64,000 bases of DNA, taken from positions 310,001 to 374,000 of the forward strand of contig JALMLS010000268.1 of assembly GCA_038496445.1 (NCBI GenBank), written 5' to 3'. Position numbers and translations under genes: made by a program. Numbering within the stretch: the stretch's first letter is position 1; each line of letters opens with the position of its first letter. The notes under the pieces were generated by a model. The model was not told the DNA's origin and did no database searches. It saw only the letters and a list, made by a program, of their open reading frames with translations. Shown here one piece after another: positions 13,778 to 26,531 of this stretch. This stretch comes from Trichosphaerium sp. ATCC 40318 (Eukaryota; Protista; Tubulinea).

Positions 13778-13950
13778 AAAAGTGTACACTGTAATCTGCA
13801 CTACGAGTGCCAATAAATGGGTTTTCCCCTTTTCCTTCATGCCGCGTCAGAGCTCCCACCAGCGTTTGAACGCGTGGGTTTTTTGTAATTTTTACAATAG
13901 CCGTTAAGTCTAGTTGGTTTACAATAATTGTACAGTTAGCAACCACTCTT

Positions 13951-16380
13951 ATGGACATCCTTCCTGAATGTTTGGAAGCAGAAATTAATGTAAAGGCAGT
14001 GTCGGTTGCTGGTTGTGTGCCTGCAATACTGTACAGGGAACCAAATAAACTTTGTTTGGAATTCTCAGCTAAAAATCCGGCGTTATTGGCTGCTTTTGGG
14101 CAAACACACGAAGTAGAGTCACGGTGGAGCTTTGAACGATTGTTTTTCCTCTACGTGGAAGATACGGCGTATTCATGGTATATTCGTAGTCCAGGTACCT
14201 GTGTATAACGTGTAGCGCCATACAGGAACTAACACTTGACAGATACTACAGATACCTCTAAAACAGCCGTAGTACGTATCACCAGCAAGTCACTTGTGGG
14301 TGCGCCGTTACAAATAGTATTTGAAAGTTATTTCTCGCTAAATAGGTTTGTCCATAGAAAACAGGCCGCCCCAAGGTCACTCAGACCCCTGGTTTCAATT
14401 AGTGCTTGAATTATACAATATAGGAAGCCTGTGGAGCGATTATGAGAATGTAATAAATGGTGCGTTCAACTTCGGCACAAAAAAACCAAGACACTTGATT
14501 CAATTGTAAAGATTCATGTTTATACAGGCAACACAATCAGTGGTGGTACCGTGCACGGCGATAGACCAGAGCTTCCGTCACCGGCACCCGAAGAGTATGT
14601 CGACAAGACCATCCATCGTTGTTGTCGTATACTGACAACTAGCCTCCATCTAGGTTGTGTGACCAAGGTCTTACTGTATACGCTTCTCGATTACCGTGGA
14701 CACTGCCAGATGCTATGCGCCAAGTTGTTAGGCCTACTACCAGAACAGAGGATTCTCAATGCGTCTTGTATTATTTTGTGGATCACACAGGGTACACAGC
14801 AGAATTAAACCGCTAGATTGGTTTTTAACAAACAAATATTCGTAGACAATTGAAAGGAGTAGTGAGGAGTATAGGCGATCAATTTGGAGCGTTAGATAAC
14901 CACTACATTTGCTTCACGCAGCTACAACCAACCACAAAAGACAGTCTCAACAAGTCGAACGTCTTTACGCCATATTGCGATGCTGTAGGCGAGCATAAAG
15001 CGTTGGAAACAGGGTACCTCTATGTTCAATTTCGAATTTGGCTGCTAACATTGTCACGTGACAATATCATTTGCAAAAAGAAAAAAGTACGTGAGATTAA
15101 CATAATTCTCGCAGTTACGTCGATGCTGTCTTGGACGCTGGCGAATCTATTCTACGCGGAATAAACCCTCTGAACTGGCTGTATGGTCCTGAAGAAGAGC
15201 AAAAGGACAAGTATTTTGAGGTCTTGGCAATACGTATGAATTGGTATGGCCGCAGTATCCACACCTACACCTATTTTTTATGTTTTTTTTTCTTATTCGT
15301 GCTTGTTGTCCTCGACACGTGTTGTTGGCAGCCGCACTTTCCAAATTTATCTACACCTTAATAATGACGTGATACAAAGCGATTGTACAGATTTTATAAA
15401 ACAGGTATGCATCGCATCCACCCAGAGAGTCAGCAAGTGCGTGCGCGACGTGACTATTCAGAGATTGTATTTTTAAAAATAGTGGATGACTACAACCTCA
15501 TTATCCGGTAATTCCTTTGTGGCAACGTTTTTGAACCACACTAACAAACTCCTGGTAAGATATTCAGACAAAATAGAGGACTACTTGAGGCTGACAGCGA
15601 TTGACTTGAAACAAGTTGTCAACATCATTATTGGTCATGGCAGAGACCATCTCACAACGGTATGGGGTGACCCACCTTCACTAAGCTCATCCACGTCTGG
15701 TGCGCAACTTTGTGTGTGGACTCAGACATGCTCACTTTGTACTATTTCTGTAGAGATAGAACAGACCCAACCAACATCGTCGCTTGAGTTCAAACAGACC
15801 AAAATCGATCCAGGGTTAACATCGACTATCAAGCAACGTTACACATTTTCTCAGCGAACGACTGTATGCCTGGGGTTGCTTGAGAAACACCCAAATAAAG
15901 TTCCTGTACGTGAGGTTACACCCAGAGAGTGTGTTCGTCTTACACCGCTGAAAGCAAAACAAAATTTGACTAATGAACTTCATCGTAGGTTGTAGTTGAG
16001 CGTGCTCCAGGAACAGTTGGGTCTTTGATTGTCAAATCCAAGTATGATTGTCACACCCAAGCCAATTTTGTTTTATGCCCAATGTCCTAGTGAAATTCCA
16101 AGACGATAAAAAAGTTGATTAAGCCTAGGTTTGTGTTTCCCAAGGAAGCTAAAGTTTCATTTGTTGCTACATACTTACAAGATTATTTGAATCCGGCTCT
16201 ACCACCAGCTCACTCTTTGGTTCTTTTTACATCAGAGATACTTAAATCAGGTACTCTTCAAGTATGTTAAAACGAGTTAACCTCTGACAACAAATAGATG
16301 ACACAATGGGCAATGTGTATAAACAATACAAGGATGATGATGGATTCTTGTACATTATGTTCCTCACGCCAAGAACATGA
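13951..16380 (+). CDS. Large multi-domain protein with C-terminal ATG8/GABARAP-like domain lacking the terminal Gly
   Basis: YTFSQRTTVCLGLLEKHPNKVPVVVERA..KFVFPK..TMGNVYKQYKDDDGFLYIMFLTPRT*; upstream exons of unknown function. Single-gene model is inferred. Confidence 0.65.
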
Positions 16381-16495
16381 TTGTAAATTACAAAAACTCA
16401 CTAAAACAGGTAAATAGCTTTTAAGTAGTATTCAAAAACATCGGTACTTGCAATTTATGAGTATTGCTGTTTCGCTTCATACACATATGTGGAAA

Positions 16496-16567
16496 ATCCG
16501 CGTAGCTCAATGGTAGAGCGCTAGACTTCTAATCTAGAGGTTGTGGGTTCGATACCCATCGCGGATG
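16496..16567 (+). tRNA. tRNA-Arg (anticodon UCU), intronless
   Basis: Acceptor ATCCGCG/CGCGGAT, A-box TAGCTCAATGGTAGAGC, anticodon arm CTAGA-CT-TCT-AA-TCTAG, T-loop GGTTCGATACC, downstream T-run terminator. Confidence 0.93.
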
Positions 16568-16676
16568 AATGAACTTTTTGGCATAAAACCAAACTTTTAG
16601 ATTCTGTAGTTGATACTGCTGGTAGACGTCACTACGTTGCCAAAGCTTATTTAGTTCTTTTCTTTTATTTACAATG

Positions 16677-17762
16677 TTACTTTTTTCCCTTTTTACCAAC
16701 TGTCGTCCAACCATCATCCTGTGCTGGTGGTGTGTTTGTGGTTTGCCCTTTTACCTCTTGTACTTGTTCCTCTTGTACTTCTTGTTCTTTGTCCTCAATG
16801 CCCTGCACGCACTCGCCACCTTCCTGGTCTGTATCATCTGCTATGGAGGGTTGTGGTACAACATCTTTTGCCGCAACACTTTTGGGTGGAACTGTGCTAG
16901 CTGGCTTGCTTTTTTTGCCAACTGTAGTCCAACCATCGCTTTGTACTGGGCCACTGGACTTACCACGTTTATTCACAGTCGTCCATCCGTCTGCTGCAGC
17001 AGCTGGTTTGGGTTTGGGTTTTTTGGAAGCTGGTTGTGTAACAGGATTTGGGTTGTATCGTGGTGGCAGTACTGACGGGTCGAATACGCTTATTTTCTAA
17101 ACAAGGGTGGATCAGCTTAGTGTTGCTCATTCTAATTTAGTGGCTAACGACATGTCTTATGGAATCATCAAGCGCCCACTCGACACATACATCATCACAC
17201 GTCAAATAACCGACCGTACCTCACAATCGAATATCAAATCCTTCTTGCCGGCTGCGTAATTCGCGGCAAGCATTTTGTTGAGGGCAGTGTAGTTCTTTTT
17301 CTGACAGTTTTTGAACATTGTGTTGATTTTGCGTGTCAGCTGACGAATCATGTTAAAATTACGTCGATTGGCGTTAAAAAACAACGTACACTAAGTAGGG
17401 AGAAGGTAACTTCCATGTGAAAGTCCCTGTCCAGTACAGATAACAAATAATCCTCCAACTTCACGGGATCCATTTTTTCCGCTTTGTGGAATTAATAGGT
17501 GCGTAGGTGAGTGGGTTGGCGTACTTTCATACCAAAACAAAATGTTGTCGTGTAGCTCTTGTGCCTTTAACGCTGAATCTGAGCCGCCAAAGCCTTGTTG
17601 AATAGCTTGTTGAATTACCGACCATGTAGATAAGAGCGACTATTTATTTCTGCTTTGTAAAGACGGCGAAGTATAGAAAATATACAAGGAGAAACGTACA
17701 CGAACGCCCTGTGAAAAGGCTCTCCACTGCTCTATGTTCTCCTCTTTAGGTGCTGTCTCCAT
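16677..17762 (-). CDS. TSR2: Pre-rRNA processing protein TSR2 with extended C-terminus
   Basis: WSVIQQAIQQGFGG (WGG-domain-like), LEDYLLSVLDRDFHME, three DGWTTV motifs at the C-terminus. Confidence 0.75.
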
Positions 17763-17927
17763 CTGCTGTAGAATAAGTGCGTGTCGCAGTCAAAGATGAT
17801 CTTCTAAAACAAATTACAATTGAACGGGCGCAAACTCGAGGTACTGCAAGCTGACACCGCACAGCGACGTGTTATAAGATAATTGCAACGGCCAACTCGC
17901 GTGCACAGCGCAATTTACCTCAACCCG

Positions 17928-19471
17928 ATGGCTGAGACTCCAGGCACATCTGGGAGCGATGAGGGTTTGTTTAAGGGGCTTTGTTTCGCACTATGTGGTT
18001 TTACGTTTGAAGAGGATAGGATGCTTAAAGGGTTGGTGGGGGAGCAAGGTGGCACCATTAGCTTCATAGTTAAAGAAAAGGTCGTTCATAATTTAGTTAG
18101 TTGTGCTTATAAATCCAAATTACTAACAAAACGCGTAGACCACTCATGTAGTGGCCTCATACGAAGAAGTCGCTAAAACTGGATTCAAAGTTCGGAAAGC
18201 TAAGGAGTTTAAAATTCCTGTAGTGTCAGAAATGTGGATCACACAATCGATAGCAGAAGGTACGTTACAGAGCAGTACGACATCCAAGCAAGATACAAGT
18301 TGATTGACAATCCATTTTGCAAGGCACCTTACAAAAAGTGGAGGAGTTCAAGCCGCAAATGCCACTTCAGGTACAACGCAGACGCAACTTGATTTTCGAA
18401 AACAAAAAACAAGATTTTGACACTCAATGCTTTTTTTTTTCATTACTCTATCACATCGTGTCATCATCATCGTATCGTGTGCGGTAAAAAACTAAAACTG
18501 TGAGTTAGGAATATGTTCCTGGAGAAGTGTTGGATTACATTGTATACAAATCACATCTAGAAGAGTATTTGGAGGTACGTTATCATTACTTGTTTGTGTG
18601 CCGGTTTGTTAATAAATTGTTATTGTTAAATTTAATCTGGCCACCTTGTAGGAAACTAACGAGCTTTCGCGATCTGTCAAGGACTTGTTCGCGGATCTAC
18701 TCGATCTTGAGCCAAATTTAAACGACTATTACGATCCAGACGTGGAAATACCAGAACTAGTATATCCATTCATCAATCCACCTGCAGACTCAGTCGATGG
18801 CCTTGCAGTAATTAAGCAAATATTGAGAAGCGAGGGCGCTACAGTTGGTTACCTTAGATTACGCCTTGGGGAGTTGTTAGTTTGGTTCTTAGAGCTCAAA
18901 TTCATCCCATTAGACAAGGCCTTACGGAAATCAGGGATATTTGGTGATTTACTTGATTTGGGATTTAGATTTCCCAATTGCACCATCTTGCATTGCCTAG
19001 TCAAGCACGTTGTCATCAAGATACTTCATGGGAACAGCAACGCTTTAAAGAGCTATTTACTACTAGACTATGACATTGTGTCAAGACTCATTGCAAACTA
19101 CGACATCAAGACTGCAGGTTGGCACGGACACCTCTTCCACATGGCCAGAGTCATTCAGGAGATATCGCAGCAGATACCTTTCATTGCCTCATACTTGTTG
19201 CGCAGGCCGAGGTGGAAGCGATTCTTGGCTGTTCTAGATGCTGTGGAAGAGGCACAACAGTTGCCTTTGGATGAGTATCCTCCACCCAGACCATTGGGCA
19301 ATATGGAAGATTTTAACAACCTTGAAGGTACTTACTACGGCAACACGGCGTGCACAATAACCAGTATCTGATATCCCATTTTTATAAAAAATAATGATTA
19401 AACGAGCTTTACTGTTAACTAACACACTCGTAGATGACGTTGAAGAATTTATGATAGACGAAGAGGCTTGA
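17928..19471 (+). CDS. BRCT domain + SAPS/PP6-regulatory-like domain protein
   Basis: LFKGLCFALCGF..GG..THVV..KIPVVSEMWITQSI (BRCT); VGYLRLRLGELL..LLDLGFRFPNCTILHCLV..GWHGHLFHMA resembles the SAPS C-terminal half. Confidence 0.7.
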
Positions 19472-19634
19472 GAAGGCAAAGAGAGTACAATAATAATAAT
19501 AAAAAAAAAGACAATAATTTTTGAAACAAAACCAGGTTTGACTGAAAACAAAAACTATCCGAAACAATTTTTGTAGGGAGTGTTCGATCACCAATATCAA
19601 AACGTCAAGATCAGGGGCAGCGGCTTAAGAGAGA

Positions 19635-22377
19635 CTACAGGGCGTCGGCATTGACGGGTATCTTCTCGTAGTGCTTGGCAAACAGAGCATCGCACTCTTC
19701 CACCATGATGCGGAATACCCTGTTTATAGCTTCGGTATTGCCTAGCATGAGGGCTGCAGAGCTACCTGGTATCTTTATGCAAATTGTACCGAACAAACGA
19801 GATAGGTTGTGTGTTGACACGCCATTGTTCTTGTGCTCAGCTATCCTCAAGAATAATTTAAGAAATAGCTCAATCAGTATTCTAGCCGATTCATCCAACG
19901 ACATGACCAGTTTACGCATTTTGTGAATGACCTTCTCGCGTGGGTAGCAGTTTTCTTTAATAGTAGAAAGGATGAGTACCCGCAGAGAGTGGTGTGCGTG
20001 TAGGTAAAAAAACAGTTTCAGCGTACTTATAAGGTCAATGAGGGGAAGCGACAAGTGGAATGGGATCAGTGGCTCTGGAAGCTCCTCCAGAAATCTTCTC
20101 AACAACCTAGCGACCGAGTACGGGGACGAGATTTTCTCAAATGAGACGTCCTTCCCTGTAGCATACTGTTAAACCTTATGCTACAACGAATGTCAAATAG
20201 GGCGTACCGAGGTTGACGGCCTTGTAAATAGTCTCGACCTCGCCTATGTCGCCCTTGTGCAGAAACAGGTCGTCAAAACTAAGTGCTACGCCAGTCATTA
20301 GATATTTGTAAAGGCGAGCAACACTGTTTACCACCCAGCAAATGACGCATTGCCTGTTCGAGAAACGGTGGTACTTTCTTGTTGGGGTACTTTTTCATAA
20401 GCTCGTTCAGGGGCAACCCAAACACTGGTTTTTTGTCGAGTATTACTTGTTGCTGTTCTTTCCTAACAAAACCGCTGTCAGTGAATCTCTAAATTTGAAG
20501 TTTTCATTGTTTTTGTCTCACTCCCTCTGAGCGGCCTCCTGCCGTGATGTGTGAAGATAGTCTGTTATCGTTTGGACGGCGGTTGGTTGGACTTTGAAGG
20601 ACGGCTCCCAACTGAAGCGCTCGTAGCTGATGCGCGTTTTTTTTGGGTCAAGTGATTTCGACAAGGGATTACGTCGCACATCTGTAGTGTACACTTGATC
20701 CAGTTTATCCAGGATGCTCTTGGCATCGTGTGTCGTCACCATCAAGTCCCGACTGTACCAATTAAACAGTTTAGGTAGAACTACCTACAACAAAAGATTA
20801 GTATTGCGTTTTTCTCTAAATGTTACAAAAAAAAAAGAGTACAGTGTTCTTTTGCACATTGACAGTCACGTGTTTTGACAGGTATGTCTTGAATTGTAAT
20901 TCTAGCTGTGTCAATACAGTGGCTTCGCTATAAAGAGCCAACGGTGGACCAGATTCAGTACAAGTGAACAAAGCATCTTGTCTTGTTAGGGAAGGGAGGA
21001 TGTCATTTCAAAAATAGATTATACAAGAAAAGACAAAGAGGATACACGTGACGTATGGTTCTGGCTTCCTCAATTTGGTGTGGTAGCGTGGATCGCTTGT
21101 GCTACTTATTTTTGAACTTTTCATGATGGTTCCGCCTAGTAAAGGCTGTTAGTTGTTTCCCAAACCGCGTGATAATCAAAGCGGGTAGAGAGGTTGGCTG
21201 TACCAAAATTGAATTTGGGATTTACGAGGGAAGCCCGGAGGATGCCAAAGTGAAGCTGGGCTAGAGAGTATGGTACACCTTGTATATTGTAGTACACATT
21301 ACCGGCAAAGGCCATCCACTCACTGCCTTTTGCAGGTAATTTTTCTGCCTAGAGAGAAGTGTAATCAACGGTAGAGCACTATTGACATCTAATTTCGCTT
21401 CGTGAAAAGAGTACCTCTATCATACCATGCAACACTAGCGTATTTGCAACGTTCAAAAAGAAGGAGAGCTTTTCTTCGTGTGTTACATTGGCCAAATCCA
21501 CCTAGTATTGTCAACGTTTTAGCATCACTTCAAGCTTACGCGTTGTAGTTCGCCTGTGGCAGTTTGAAAGTCTTTGTATCTAAAACAAACATTAACTGCG
21601 AATCCAAACAACTTACTACTACTGTGGCGTGGATGTAGCCATCTTGTAATCAACCTTACAACTATACCTGGATTGTAAACGTATGCCCAATCGTTCTTGC
21701 TGCGTGACCTCTCCTGTTGGAAATGTTTTCCTATTTTTGGTTCATCAAAAGGCTAGCATGCCACGTTAATTTAAAACGCACTGCCACACATCGGCGATTT
21801 GGCACAAAAGGTCTTTGGATACGGTCATAACATCTCGTCCCGCCAACAGCCAAGTTTTAGATTTGTTTAACTCTGTGAACTCTCCATCTTCCTGGTGGTA
21901 CTTGTTTAGCACTTACCAACACTGATCCACATCACGTGTTTTTTTGCACGTGATTTATGTTAGCGTGCCTGAAACTTGAAAAGCGTTGCCCCTAATTCAA
22001 AGCTGTCCTTGTGCGTTACGCTGTGGATGACACACCGCTTTTCTAACAGCTTGCTCACATTTAAAGCCTTTACGCAAGGCGTTAGCACCTTACACGTGCT
22101 GCGTAGAAACGTACTTCTTCAGGTGTTACGTGCATACGGCTAGCCATCCACTGTACCATTTCCGACGCTACAAATCTGTTGAATGCGCGTTGTACCCTGT
22201 TATATTACCTGTAAAGCACCTGGAGTAAGTCTTTCCTTTACGCTTGTGGTTTCTTATTTCTAAACCTTCCCCAGACTTGTCACGCATTTTGCGAACGAAG
22301 TAATCCAGCTCAACATCTGAAAAATGTACTGTATCCTCTCCTTCATCAATTTCATCTTTATCATGTGATAGAGCCAT
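19635..22377 (-). CDS. DEP + DUF547 + RhoGAP protein
   Basis: GLEIRNHKRKGKTYSRCFTG (DEP); KLSFFLNVANTLVLHG, LPKLFNWYSRD (DUF547); LLRRFLEELPEPLIP..NGVSTHNLSRLFG (RhoGAP). Confidence 0.8.
20977..21045 (-). other. U12-like GT-AG intron in the DUF547 region
   Basis: Donor GTATCCTC, branch TTCCCTAAC 8 nt before the 3' end, no pyrimidine tract; splicing restores EPYVTYALFTCTESGPPL. Confidence 0.7.
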
Positions 22378-22683
22378 AACAATAGGTGACAAAGGGTTCA
22401 CGTTCAATCAGGTTTATGAGCCTTGCGTTATAACGTAATTGTTAAGTATTTGTGTGCGCTTTTCGTTTTCTTTTTACTGAATGCGATGGCACGTGAAAAC
22501 AATACGGCGAGTTACAAGCGCACATGATTTTAATGTATGGATTTAACGGAAATTTAAAATATTTTTGAAGTACTCTTTTTAAACCGCATCTCGTAAAACG
22601 CATGGCTATGAGCATTAACACGCTAGCTTTTCGTGCCGTTTCACAGGGCGTCAGCGTTCGCACGCCTGTTATAAAGTACGTTG

Positions 22684-24972
22684 ATGGCTAAAACACCACA
22701 TTACAAAGCAAACGTACTAATTTAGCGTAGACCGTTGCGTTTTCCTCAAGTGTTGAACGTCAAGGGTAAGAAAGTAGAAACGACAGCTGAGGAGGACACA
22801 GGTTACGTGGCTGGCGTAGTTGTAGAAGGCAGTGAGTTCAAGGGTGTTATACAACAAGGGCTACATACTTTAAAGTGCGTTATTTTCTTGAGTAGCGGTG
22901 CCAATCGCCTCACCAAGCGTAGGGAAACGCTGCCAGCGGATAAACCACCTGATTTATACATCGTAACAGCGAACGCGAAGCAAGAACTCTACCAACATCA
23001 GGGAGAGCGGTCCGATGCCGTACTAAACATGCTCCAAAGCGAGTTGCCGGATGACATGCAAGCTCGCACCATTGGGAATGTTCTCCAGCCAAGAAAGCAA
23101 GCAGGCTTTCGCGTATTTGCTGGAAGGTTTCCTAAACTGACAATTCGCCCTTTCGCACAGTACGCATCCTCTCTGACAAGCTACAATATTTATTTGTTGG
23201 TAACATTACCGGTTGTCTAGATCCACGGCCTTCTTTCCTGACGTTTTGACGGACGCCGAGTATGTAGAATTACAAGACATTAACAGCAATGTACTTGTTC
23301 TCACAGACTCCAAGTTTCACAAGGAGTGCAGCGGCTCCTTCCTAGAGTACACCTTTTTGTTTAATTTATGTAAAAAACTTATTTTATTTTCATGACACGT
23401 CACCACGGGCCTGTAACAGTGCTTGCGCTTTTGCCTGTCAATTTTAATGCTAACTTATATAATAGCTACATTGACAACTTTTTCCCAGACTCTACACACG
23501 TCCTCATGTCACGTGATCCTTCATACAAGCTCCTATATAAAGGCACGCTTTTTTTTCCCAGAGTACTCTTTAGATTTTTGTTAAAATGTTTTATTCAGGT
23601 GAAGCCGCTACCGGCGCTACAGGCTTTGCCTGCCTATCTCGTTGGGGTCAGAATGATGCAGTAAAATCACAACAACGTGGTACGGGCTCAGAAGTCCTGC
23701 TAGGGACTTAAAGGTTGATTGTGCTGACGTGTACTGCTTAGACGCTATGGTTCAAGTTGCGCGTACAATGGTGACAACTCTAGGCTCTGATAAGAGGTAC
23801 CTTGCTTGCTGTACCATCTCGTTTTTGCAGCAAACGCTTACTTTTGATGATAGATGTCCACCTCACTTGTCCATGCAGCTCGATAAACAATTGTTCCAAG
23901 TTCCTGCCAAGAGTGCCATTGAAGATCCCAAAGTAAGAAAGAACTCTAGTCTACTGGTGTTTAAATATTAACCAGGTTTGATTAGGATCTCGCACCGGAA
24001 ACGCTACCAATCATGCACGGATTCTTGGATGCGTATTTTCCAAATCAAGAGGAAAAATTTACTGCTGGCCAGTTGCAAGACCGTTACTTGCTAAAATACT
24101 GCGTTGAACAAGGGGTGCGTATTATATTAGTTCTATTCATTGATTGTTAACGACAAATGCTAGAAACCATTCGGGTTGTTGGGCACATCTTCAACTGATT
24201 CAGAATCTATCTACGGCGTGTCATGTATAATAGAGAGTGTTGATGATTCGTCTGTACACACGTGTCCGGATATTGCTTTCAAAACTTCAAAGCGTTTTCG
24301 TGTGGACAAACAAGCTTTCGAACAGCAAGGAATATTAGATGACTGCTTCGGTATTGCGGAAGTCTCTGTAACATACTTTGAGGATAGTGTACCTCAAGAA
24401 GACAAGGTAACGCTTACAATCCTTTTTTTTTTTTTTTGCTTGACGAACAACCGTTACCACTTACTTTGTTGCTGACCTGCGCCTCTCTTTAGACAGCTAT
24501 AAAAGAAAAGTTACAGCAAACGATTCAATTGGCTTCGAAAGACGCCCCTTCACAATCAGAAGTGAAGAAAACAACTGTTGAGATTGCACAAGAGACCTCA
24601 GATCCTGTGTTACTTGCTAAATTGCTCGAAAAAGAGTTGGCAGCAGTGGTCGATGCTCAAAAGAAGAACATGCACCCATACGAGACTATGATTAGATTGA
24701 TCCAATTGAACCCTAAGCCTCAAAGTTTTTTACTTGCTGACAGGCCAGCATCGGTTCGCGCTGGGCCAAAGTATCAGCCTGCTGAACAGACACCAGAGAA
24801 ATACTCGTTTGAGGTGTGTGGATACCTCCGCGATCTCATGCAATCCCTTGAACATGACGCAGAGGCACGTCTAAGCGCATGGATCGCAACCACCAGCACA
24901 ATAGACCGTCTCAGAAGCTTGATCGAGACATGTGAAGAGATTACTCTAAAGATGAAGGAGACAACATCATAA
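22684..24972 (+). CDS. Hypothetical multi-exon protein
   Basis: Chain of open exons joined by GT/GC-AG introns; no family recognised. Confidence 0.65.
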
Positions 24973-25172
24973 ATATTGAAAAAAAAAAACAAGGCATCAC
25001 AAAAAAAACCAAAACTGTAACAATAAAAATAAGTCCGTTGTTATTCTTTGCTCACCCAACAAATGAACTTCCAGCATTGCATTTTCCAGGGGTTTTTGTC
25101 GCCGAAGAGAGTGTTTGAATCGTTATTCCTTGTGTTTTTTTTGCGCATTTACTTAAGCATTATAAGGCACAC

Positions 25173-26128
25173 ATGAGACGTATATCAGCCGCTGCCACGC
25201 GTTTAGGAGCGACAACAACCAAACTTAGCCCTTCTAGCACTACTACTAGTAAATCTCCGTCGGTTCAATCCACAAACACGCGTTGTGCAAAACAACCTGT
25301 AGCTTATTTGCGTGGTGACACTATCACACCTAATTTAATAAATAAATTACCCGTCAACGATATTGGCACTCAAACAACACCTATAAGCGTCTCAAGGGCA
25401 TCATCAGTACTTGCTATGGCGAAACCAGAAACAAAACAGCGTAGTCGCGAGCTGTTCGTGCACACAACTCAGGATGTGGCGTATGCTTGCTTCTCTTGCC
25501 CTAAGTTCCTTTTGGGAGATGTAAAACAGTTGTTCCCATCGCGTGAGTTATCTTAATCAGTAACGCGACAGTTAAACTGACACATAGCGTAGTGGATCTA
25601 GAAGGCAAAACGCTAAAGGTAGTGACTGTCACGCTAAAAACATCCCAAAACATGGAAGAGTGGAATTCTGCAGTTCTTGAAGAACGCGAGGAGCTTATTG
25701 GCAAGGTATGTATTGTACTGTTTTGACGTATTGTAACCGACGTAAAAATACAGTGGATGGACACTACCAAAACAATCTCAGACCCTATTGCACAACAAGG
25801 TCACTGGGTGGACTATATTGATCCGTCATCAGGCTTGCCAGTATGTACACAAGTTATTTTGTTGTTTATTGACTTGAACATAGTTTATAAGTGCTGAGCG
25901 AGGTACTGCAACTCTCAGTGAGACTGATCCTTTTTATAATCATTTTGGCATAAAACATAAACAAGTATGGTGCTGTCCTGTTGCACAACATCCTGTCTTT
26001 GGCACTCACTGTTATGTTGGTAAGTTTATATTTTCCAAGCTTTAGTAATAACAATTTTTGCATCAGGAGTTTTGTTTACTGTTGCTCCATTGGCTAACAT
26101 CACAACTGCAATTGTGTCAAATAAATAA
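25173..26128 (+). CDS. MMADHC: Cobalamin trafficking protein CblD
   Basis: CPKFLLGDVKQLFP, EEREELIGKW, GHWVDYIDPSSGLP, TLSETD, CCPVAQHPVFGTHCYVGVLFT; mitochondrial-like leader. Confidence 0.88.
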
Positions 26129-26531
26129 ATATTGTTCTTAACAGTCAAATTATACACTTTACCACAAGAAGAGGTGGAAAATCCTGCCTGTTGAGATAAA
26201 ATCCCTGCAGGTATTTTCATTCTCAGTGTTGTGTTTTAGGGCAGTTACTTGTATTATAACTCATGTGATGTGCTCTACACATGTGTTGCCACATTTTATG
26301 TATTAAATTCAGGGTTGAAACTCAGCCAGGCATTGCCTTAAAAAATGATGCATATTCCTAACATTTGGCATTAGATGACAAAATCAAGGAATTTGCATTT
26401 GGCATTGCCCAATAAAATAAGGCATTTTTACAAAAAGGCATTTTTGGGCATTTTTTTGGCATTGCATAAAATCAAGTAATGTGCTGTATTGCAAGTACTT
26501 TATTATGCCTTATTTTTTTTAAACATTATAT

